Sequence record: SRR20825019_3098
Reading direction: 5' to 3' (one strand)
Length of the DNA: 64,000 bases
A program made the position numbers and the translations under genes. The notes beneath the pieces are model-generated. The model saw only the letters and a program-made list of their open reading frames with translations. It was not told the origin of the DNA and did not search any database. Shown here in pieces: positions 8,412 through 16,083 of this stretch. How positions within the stretch are numbered: the first letter of the stretch is position 1; every line of letters starts with the position of its first letter.

Positions 8412-11400
8412 ATGAAAAGAAAGTTACTAGTTGTAGTTGGGTTGATTCTGGCAAATCAAGCAACCGCGCAAATCGGGTTTGATCCTGAAATCGAGTTTGA
8501 ACTTATTCCAGATGTTGTCGTAGTACCATCTTCTCCTCTTCAAAGCCAAGTGGTTTTCATCGGTGGACATGATACTGTACAAACAACGGCCACTTATGGC
8601 AATCCTGCTGGAGCCTATCCTGCTAAACAATGGCATGATTTCATCGGATTTACTCCCGATACGGATCCAGGAACACAAGACCTTGGATGGATTTCTGTAA
8701 ACCATGAGATGGTTTCGAGTGATGCAAACATTGGCGATGGTGGTGGAATGACGGTGTTCAAAATTCGTCGTGATGCCGAAACAGATTCTATAATAATAGT
8801 AGAGCAAACCTTGGCGGATGGAAGAACAGGGAAATTCTTCAACGTTGATTTTGCAAATACAGTGGGTGAAACAGGAATGAACTGTGGAGGAATTGTATCA
8901 GAAGTAGATGGAAGAATCTGGACAGCAGAAGAATGGTTTAGAGAGAATAACGCATCTATCTTCGATAACGGAAATGGTGTATTGGACACAATGGATGTAA
9001 CAATTGCTGGATCTGGAATTTCTATCGCGGATGGTGAAACAATCAAGAAGTACGAAAATTTCAACTGGATGGTGGAAATTGATCCACGTGAAGCAAAAGC
9101 GATCAGAAAACAATACAACTGGGGGCGTCAACCGTTCGAAGGTGGTGTGGTAATGCCAGACAATCAAACAGTGTATACTGGAGCAGATGACACTCCTGGA
9201 ATTTTGACAAAGTTTATCGCCGATACTCCTGGAGATTTTACGCAAGGTCAACTTTTTGCATACAGACAAGATGATCAACACTTGCGCCTTTCACATAAAA
9301 GCTCAGTAGTTGATGCATTCTCTGAAATTTCAGCGTATGATTCAATCAACCAAAGAATCTATTCAACGAATAGCGATCAAGAAGGATTATTAGTGCTTTC
9401 TGTTACTGCCAACGGATTAGATAGCCTTGATTTTATCGATCTCAGCATGTACGGATCTCCAACTTCAGTGGCTGTTGCGAATGGAATAGTGGCTGTTGCC
9501 GTTCCAGATGCGATTGCACAGAATAACGGACAAGTAATTTTCCTTGATAATGCATTTACAGTTCTGAATACAGTAACAGTTGGTGCATTGCCAGATATGG
9601 TAACATTCACACCAAATGGCGATTACGTGTTGGTAGCCAACGAAGGTGAACCAAACAATGATTACACTGTAGATCCTGAAGGTTCTGTATCTATCATCGA
9701 TATTTCTGGAGGAATTGCTTCAGCAACAGTTCAAACGGCTGGTTTCGGAGCATTCACAATTGGATCACTTACGGATGTTAGAATTTTTGGAAACGGAACA
9801 ACAAACGTTGCTGCTGATCTTGAGCCTGAGTACATCGCGGTGAATGGAGCTTCTACAACGGCATACATTTCACTTCAAGAAAACAATGCAATCGCAGTAC
9901 TTGATATTGCTACGGCGACAATTACAAGCATATTCGGATTGGGATATAAAGATTTGGGAGACCCAGCGAATTACATTGATGGAACGGATGATGACGGTCT
10001 TCAAGGAAATTTTAAAGATTGGGACAACGTATATGGAATGTATCAACCAGATGCCATTACGATTGTAAACATTGGAGGAACGGAATACTTGCTTACAGCG
10101 AATGAAGGAGATTCACGCGATTATTCAGCGTATTCAGAAGAAGCGCGCGTTTCTGACATAGTACTCGACCCAACAGTATTCCCAAATGCAGCAATCATGC
10201 AACTGGATGAAGAGCTTGGAAGATTGAAAATCACGACTTCACAAGGAGACATTGACAATGATGGTGATTATGACGAACTCTACACGTATGGAGGGCGCTC
10301 ATTCTCTATCTGGGACCTCAGTGGAAACTTAATTTTCGATAGTGGAAATGAATTCGGGTCTATTCTAGCAAATAACTTTTCTGGCAATTATGCTACTAAT
10401 CGTGATGATGACAAAGGTTCTGAACCAGAATCAATTGCGGTTACGCAAATGGGAGGAAAGATGTTTGCTTTTATTGGGTTGGAAAGAGCCGCTGGAGTGA
10501 TGGTGTACGACATCACGAATCCTGCAAATGCATTCTTTGTGAATTATTTCAACCACAATGGAGTAGATCAAAGTCCTGAGGGATTACTTGTGATTAACGG
10601 TTCAAACAGTCCTTCTGGAAAACCAATGTTGATTTCAACAAACGAAGCGGACGGAAGTTATTTTGGATCAGTTTCAGCATACAACATCAATGGTTTTGAT
10701 GGAGAAAAATGGATTGCAATGGACAATGCTTCTTTCGATAAAATGCTTGATTTCAAAGAACAAGCAATTAACGCAGGAGCAACAATGTTTGACCGTTTAG
10801 AGTGGGTGGCATACAATCAGCAAGATGGAAATGTATACATCACAGAAACAGGGTTGGATAAGCCAGCACAATCATGGAACGACGATGCCATTCGAGGTGG
10901 AGTTGTAGCTCAACACCATGAAGACAGAGCGACAGCTCAAGGAACAACAGTGAAATCGTCAAACTATGTAGATTACTACGGACGTGTTCTTCAATTGGAT
11001 GTTACAAATGATGAGATTTCAGTAGCATTGGCTGCAGGACCTGAATTCAATAGCCAATCTGAAGTGTCGATTTCAAACTATCCTTCTGTTCACCTTTCAA
11101 ATCCTGATGGGTTAACATTCATGACCGTTGGATCGAAAACATACATGGTGATTTGTGAAGATTTGAATGGAACGTCTTATGGAAGAATGCCAGCAGGAAT
11201 CAGCAATCGCTCATGTGAAATGTTCATTTTAGACATGGACATCGTTACACCAGAATTGAATGACCTTGTGAGAATTGCACAAGTACCAGTTGGAGCTGAA
11301 ATCACAGGGGCAAGAGCAACTCCAGATGGAAAAACATTGTTCTTCAACTCGCAACATCCAAGCAGCACGAATCCATTCCCATACAACAACTCATTAACAA

Positions 11401-11663
11401 TCGCAGTAACAGGTTGGGATAAACTAGGAGATGTTGGATTAGAGGAAAATGCAGAAAACAACAATGGATTCAACGTATATCCAAACCCAACATCGCGCTT
11501 TATTTATTTCGATAAAGTGACTGACGTAGCATTGTACGACATGCACGGAAAGTTGATGCTTGTGGAAAGAAACACAAATATGATTGATATTTTGAATGTT
11601 GCTCCAGGAACGTATTTTTTGAAAAATGCTGAAGGACAAACGAAAAAATTGATCATTCAATAG
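8412..11663 (+). CDS. phoX: PhoX-family (DUF839) alkaline phosphatase with a nested choice-of-anchor-I domain and T9SS type-A CTD
   Basis: PhoX motifs VNHE, NCGG, WTAEE, GRQPFEG ... DRLEW, NPDGL, ICED, EITG, NSQHP; insert motifs GALPDMVTF, ANEGEP, LEPEY, YQPDAI, ANEGDSR, GGRSFSI, DDKGSEPE, GLER, SPEGL; C-terminal YPNP. Confidence 0.85.
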   Translation: MKRKLLVVVGLILANQATAQIGFDPEIEFELIPDVVVVPSSPLQSQVVFIGGHDTVQTTATYGNPAGAYPAKQWHDFIGFTPDTDPGTQDLGWISVNHEMVSSDANIGDGGGMTVFKIRRDAETDSIIIVEQTLADGRTGKFFNVDFANTVGETGMNCGGIVSEVDGRIWTAEEWFRENNASIFDNGNGVLDTMDVTIAGSGISIADGETIKKYENFNWMVEIDPREAKAIRKQYNWGRQPFEGGVVMPDNQTVYTGADDTPGILTKFIADTPGDFTQGQLFAYRQDDQHLRLSHKSSVVDAFSEISAYDSINQRIYSTNSDQEGLLVLSVTANGLDSLDFIDLSMYGSPTSVAVANGIVAVAVPDAIAQNNGQVIFLDNAFTVLNTVTVGALPDMVTFTPNGDYVLVANEGEPNNDYTVDPEGSVSIIDISGGIASATVQTAGFGAFTIGSLTDVRIFGNGTTNVAADLEPEYIAVNGASTTAYISLQENNAIAVLDIATATITSIFGLGYKDLGDPANYIDGTDDDGLQGNFKDWDNVYGMYQPDAITIVNIGGTEYLLTANEGDSRDYSAYSEEARVSDIVLDPTVFPNAAIMQLDEELGRLKITTSQGDIDNDGDYDELYTYGGRSFSIWDLSGNLIFDSGNEFGSILANNFSGNYATNRDDDKGSEPESIAVTQMGGKMFAFIGLERAAGVMVYDITNPANAFFVNYFNHNGVDQSPEGLLVINGSNSPSGKPMLISTNEADGSYFGSVSAYNINGFDGEKWIAMDNASFDKMLDFKEQAINAGATMFDRLEWVAYNQQDGNVYITETGLDKPAQSWNDDAIRGGVVAQHHEDRATAQGTTVKSSNYVDYYGRVLQLDVTNDEISVALAAGPEFNSQSEVSISNYPSVHLSNPDGLTFMTVGSKTYMVICEDLNGTSYGRMPAGISNRSCEMFILDMDIVTPELNDLVRIAQVPVGAEITGARATPDGKTLFFNSQHPSSTNPFPYNNSLTIAVTGWDKLGDVGLEENAENNNGFNVYPNPTSRFIYFDKVTDVALYDMHGKLMLVERNTNMIDILNVAPGTYFLKNAEGQTKKLIIQ

Positions 11664-11704
11664 TCCAATACTCTACAACTACCAATTAAACTAATCGCTA
11701 CATA

Positions 11705-11732
11705 AATCCCGGGAGCCTGAGCTCTCGGGATT
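11705..11732 (+). terminator. Intergenic stem-loop with a weak U-tract between phoX and the di-heme gene
   Basis: aatcccgggagc-ctga-gctctcgggatt. Confidence 0.6.
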
Positions 11733-11754
11733 GATTAGTTAAAAGAAGTAAACA

Positions 11755-13665
11755 ATGAAAAAAGGAATACTCTTAATTTTTGCTGGACTCATCGGAGCAC
11801 TTTTGTCCGTTCAACAATGGAAAAACGATCCATTGGTGAATGAATTACCAGTGGTTTCTGTGAGAAAAATGCTGGCGAACGAATTGAAAGTGCTAACGAC
11901 TCAGGTAGATCAACTGAAAGCCACAGATTGGGAAAATACATCCCAAGTTGAAAAACGCTTCGCTGAGGTTCGAACAACATTTAAACAAGTAGAATTTCTC
12001 TTGGCCTATCTCGATCCAGAGTTGTTTAATCAAAACCTGAATGGAGCGCCACTTCCAAAGTTGATGAAGAATGTGGCGGATGTTCAAATCATTCAACCGA
12101 AAGGATTACAGCGTATGCAAGAATTGGTGTATGAGGAAAAACTTGATAAAAAGGAATTGTTGGATCAATTGGACAAGTTTGGATTTCACATTTCGAAAAT
12201 TTCTGAAGGGATGCTTACCAGACAAATTTCCGACCCTGTTGTATTTGAGTCTATTCGTTTCGGATTAATTCGCATTTTTTCATTGGGTGTTACGGGATTC
12301 GATTCTCCCGCGAATACTGAATATGCTTTGGAAGAAAACGCACGATCTCTGGAAGGAATGCAGAAAGTTGTGAATTACTATTCTCCGTATTTAGAAGAAA
12401 CGATAAAAGCAGAATTGGATCGACTTTTTTCAAATGGAATTGCCCAATTAAGAACAAACGATTTTGATTCATTTAATCGATTAGCGTTTTTAACCGAGGT
12501 CATTAACCCTCTTTGGAAATTGACATTAGAAGCCCAACAAAAGCTAAACGTGGAACTTCCGCATCAACGAAATGTGTTGCCAACGGCAGTGAACTATCAA
12601 GCGGATAATATTTTTGCGAATAACTTTATCGACGTTTCTTATTATGCGGATTTTATCAATGCAGAAAAACAGCAAGAAGCGATAGAATTAGGGCGATTTT
12701 TGTTTTTCGATCCTATTTTGTCTGCGAATAATCAACGTGCATGCGCCTCGTGTCATCAACCAGAGAAAGCATTCACCGACGGATTTCCAACAAGTCTAAA
12801 CACGGACCGTAAAACACCAGGCTTGCGAAACGCACCAACACTCCTAAACAGTATTATTTCCGCAGATTATTTCTATGATTTGCGAGCAGATCGACTTTCA
12901 CAGCAGATGGATCACGTGGTGTTCAATCCAACAGAATTCAACACGGATTACGGTAAAATTATCGCGAAATTGAAACAGTCGGAAGAATACACGGAATTAT
13001 TCTCGAAGATCTACGGGAACGAGGGAATCACAAAAAATTCAGTAACCAACGCGGTTGCCAATTATGTTGGATCGCTTTATGGATATAACTCTGTGATGGA
13101 TCAATACGTGCGGAATGAACTTCCAAAAATTCAACCAAGTGTAGAAAGAGGATTTAATCTCTTCGCCGGAAAAGCGGGTTGTGCGACGTGTCATTTTATG
13201 CCAACATTTAGCGGAACAGTTCCTCCGAATTTTGAAGAATCTGAAACAGAAGTCCTTGGAGTTCCTAATAAGTCGAAAGCGCCTTTTTCGCTCGATTCGG
13301 ATTTGGGAAGGTATGCAGGAAACAATGCAAAAGAGCGCGTAGAGTTTTATAAAGGTTCGTTCAAAACACCTACACTCAGAAACATTGAGTTAACAGGACC
13401 ATACATGCACAACGGAGTTTATCAAACACTCGAAGAAGTTGTAGAATTCTACAATAATGGTGGCGGAATTGGTCTTGGATTCGACGTCCCTTTCCAAACA
13501 TTGCCAGGAGATTCGCTTCACCTGACGAAAAGAGAGCAACGCGATTTAATTCAGTTTATGAAAGCACTCACGGATACTTCGGGCATGACTTACAAACCCA
13601 CAAGGCTTCCTTCATTTCCAGAAAGCACACAGTTAAACAAACGAAAAATCGGCGGAGAGTATTAG
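11755..13665 (+). CDS. Di-heme cytochrome c peroxidase/MauG-family protein with a helical (imelysin-like) N-terminal domain
   Basis: LGRFLFFDPILS, CASCH, RNAPTL, RGFNLF.GKAGCATCH, FKTPTLRNI, PYMHNG; N-terminal membrane anchor; GLQ..QE and GVTGFD motifs. Confidence 0.9.
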   Translation: MKKGILLIFAGLIGALLSVQQWKNDPLVNELPVVSVRKMLANELKVLTTQVDQLKATDWENTSQVEKRFAEVRTTFKQVEFLLAYLDPELFNQNLNGAPLPKLMKNVADVQIIQPKGLQRMQELVYEEKLDKKELLDQLDKFGFHISKISEGMLTRQISDPVVFESIRFGLIRIFSLGVTGFDSPANTEYALEENARSLEGMQKVVNYYSPYLEETIKAELDRLFSNGIAQLRTNDFDSFNRLAFLTEVINPLWKLTLEAQQKLNVELPHQRNVLPTAVNYQADNIFANNFIDVSYYADFINAEKQQEAIELGRFLFFDPILSANNQRACASCHQPEKAFTDGFPTSLNTDRKTPGLRNAPTLLNSIISADYFYDLRADRLSQQMDHVVFNPTEFNTDYGKIIAKLKQSEEYTELFSKIYGNEGITKNSVTNAVANYVGSLYGYNSVMDQYVRNELPKIQPSVERGFNLFAGKAGCATCHFMPTFSGTVPPNFEESETEVLGVPNKSKAPFSLDSDLGRYAGNNAKERVEFYKGSFKTPTLRNIELTGPYMHNGVYQTLEEVVEFYNNGGGIGLGFDVPFQTLPGDSLHLTKREQRDLIQFMKALTDTSGMTYKPTRLPSFPESTQLNKRKIGGEY

Positions 13666-14969
13666 CTACGAATGCGTTTTCTGTAAGATAAAGCGCGATC
13701 CTTTAACTCCAAGACGCGCGGAGTTATTGTGCGAATTAAGAGAACCGTCCAGATCCAAAGTAAGGGATAAAAAACCATATTGAAACGGTCGCCTTGCCAG
13801 AAAGAAATGGAAGAAGTGATGTTGATATACCACACAGTTCCTGCGCAGAAAATAAGAGGAATATTCATTTTTCGAATAAATAAAAGCGAAATGAAGCTAA
13901 GCCAAAAAATGAACGACTGTGAGTTCCGGTTCTGAGTGATTGTGCGGTTGAACATTGAATCAGCTCGTTGTTGTGTTTTAATAACAGGATGGTACAATTT
14001 TACGCCACTGTAAGGATATGAACCGCCATAAGTGTTTTCACTCTGGTTCGTTTTGATACATTTATAAGTGAGTTTGGGATGTTTTAACACTTTACTTTTG
14101 AGATCATCACTTCCGAGTTGAGCTCTTTCGCGGTTGGACAAGGCCCAAATTTCGTTATTTCTTACTGCGACTACATCAGTAATTTCCTGTCCGGTAATTT
14201 CCGCTTCGATCTGCGCTCCAGCATACAAATACCAAGTAATACTATCAATATAAGAGGGTTTGAAGTTTCCATATTCGCTCTTCATCCATGCGCACTGAAC
14301 AATAAGCAACAGAACAGCAGCAGAAAACCAAACGTTTCGAAGAGCTTGCCCACGGTATTTTATGAGTGCAAAGAGGATGGAAAGTAAAGCGAGGTAGTAA
14401 AATCCTGGTCGAATTAAGACGAGTAAGACAAGCACAGCCACACCCGTTAAGAAATAGCTAGCGTTTTTCGTTTTAGCAAAGCGCGAAAAGAGATAAACAA
14501 TAGCTACCAATCCAAAAGCGGTGAGGATTTCGGTGAGTACCAGAAATATGAAACCATAAAAGCTGAAAAGAATAAAAAGTGCGCAGGTTAAAATGAAGGG
14601 GAGAATAGACCGATCAAACCATTGTTCAAGCGTTTTAAAACACAACAGAAGCATCGCTAACCAAGCAAAAACATTGAGCGTAATCCCCCAATTAACATAG
14701 TCATGCGTATCCATGTCCATGAACAAATTGGGCAGGCCAAGAAGAAAAGCATAGCCTAACGGACGAGTGTAATGAGGCGTAAACTCCTTAAACAACATAT
14801 CGGATGCGTCAATGTATGAAATCGAATCCGGAGGAATAAAGGAAGTGCTAAACATCACCTGGGAAAACCCAAACATGGAATATACCAAATAGAGAAAACC
14901 AATTCCAAGAAGCAGAAGTGCTATGGAAAGACCATGACGTTTTAACACTGTTTGGAATAAACCGTTCAT
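13662..14969 (-). CDS. Polytopic membrane protein, GT-C fold (ArnT/PMT-like) glycosyltransferase candidate
   Basis: About 10 TM helices, PDSISY loop after TM1, RPLGY, LTE, LIRP, GDRF. Confidence 0.55.
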   Translation of the reverse strand: MNGLFQTVLKRHGLSIALLLLGIGFLYLVYSMFGFSQVMFSTSFIPPDSISYIDASDMLFKEFTPHYTRPLGYAFLLGLPNLFMDMDTHDYVNWGITLNVFAWLAMLLLCFKTLEQWFDRSILPFILTCALFILFSFYGFIFLVLTEILTAFGLVAIVYLFSRFAKTKNASYFLTGVAVLVLLVLIRPGFYYLALLSILFALIKYRGQALRNVWFSAAVLLLIVQCAWMKSEYGNFKPSYIDSITWYLYAGAQIEAEITGQEITDVVAVRNNEIWALSNRERAQLGSDDLKSKVLKHPKLTYKCIKTNQSENTYGGSYPYSGVKLYHPVIKTQQRADSMFNRTITQNRNSQSFIFWLSFISLLFIRKMNIPLIFCAGTVWYINITSSISFWQGDRFNMVFYPLLWIWTVLLIRTITPRVLELKDRALSYRKRIRS

Positions 14970-15024
14970 TAGTTTGAGTAGTGAATGAAGCACTAAAGTT
15001 AACGAATGGTATCTTAGTAAAAAA

Positions 15025-16011
15025 CTATTGAACGAGTTGTCCAATATACAATTGTGCAATTTGAACCGCATTTGTTGCTGCTCCTTTGCGCAAGTTATCC
15101 GCTACAATCCATAGGTTGAGCGTATTTGGTTGACTTTCATCTCTTCTGATTCTGCCCACGAAAACGTCGTCTTTTCCTTCCGCATATTTCGGCATCGGAT
15201 AGCTGTTCGTTGTTGGGTCGTCTTTCAACGTAATTCCACTTTGAGCATGCAAGAGCGCGCGTACTTCGTTCAAATCAAAATCTTCTTCGAATTCAATATT
15301 TACCGATTCTGAATGTCCACCAACCACGGGAACACGAACCGCAGTTGCAGTTACATTGATATTCGGATCGAGAATTTTCTTCGTTTCATTTGTAAGCTTC
15401 ATCTCCTCTTTCGTATATCCATTTTCTAAAAATGAATCACAATGAGGGATACAATTTTTGTCGATTGGATAAGGATAGGCCATTTCACCAGAAGTTCCAT
15501 TGCGCTCATTTTCCATTTGAGTGGTTGCTTTCACGCCCGTTCCTGTGATAGACTGATAAGTAGAAACAACAACGCGTTTTACTTTGTAACGCTCATGTAA
15601 CGGTTTCAATGTCAAAACCAATTGGATGGTGCTGCAATTCGGATTGGCAATAATTTTGTCTTCTGGAGTCAATAAATGACCGTTAATTTCAGGAACGATT
15701 AATTTTTTCGTTGGGTCCATTCTCCACGCAGAAGAGTTGTCGATAACAACAGTTCCAGCTTCCGCAAATTTTGGAGCCCATTCGAGCGAAGTTTCTCCGC
15801 CTGCAGAAAATATAGCAAGATCAGGGCGCATTTCAACCGCAGTTGACAATCCAACGATCGTGTATTCAAGTCCACCGAAGTCTAACTTTTTCCCAATTGA
15901 TTTTTCTGATGCCACTGGAATTAGTTCCGTGATCGGAAAATTGTGTTCTCTCAACACTTTTAGCATAACATTCCCTACCATCCCGGTAGCTCCAACAACA
16001 GCAACTCTCAT
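15025..16011 (-). CDS. asd: Aspartate-semialdehyde dehydrogenase
   Basis: VVGATGMVG, IDNSSAWR, IANPNCSTIQ, ATAVRVPV.GHSE, DNLRKGAATNAVQI. Confidence 0.97.
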   Translation of the reverse strand: MRVAVVGATGMVGNVMLKVLREHNFPITELIPVASEKSIGKKLDFGGLEYTIVGLSTAVEMRPDLAIFSAGGETSLEWAPKFAEAGTVVIDNSSAWRMDPTKKLIVPEINGHLLTPEDKIIANPNCSTIQLVLTLKPLHERYKVKRVVVSTYQSITGTGVKATTQMENERNGTSGEMAYPYPIDKNCIPHCDSFLENGYTKEEMKLTNETKKILDPNINVTATAVRVPVVGGHSESVNIEFEEDFDLNEVRALLHAQSGITLKDDPTTNSYPMPKYAEGKDDVFVGRIRRDESQPNTLNLWIVADNLRKGAATNAVQIAQLYIGQLVQ

Positions 16012-16083
16012 AGATATTGACTTAGAAGATTCAAAATTGTACAACACAAAATTAGTATATTTACCTTCATTGACATGGATACT

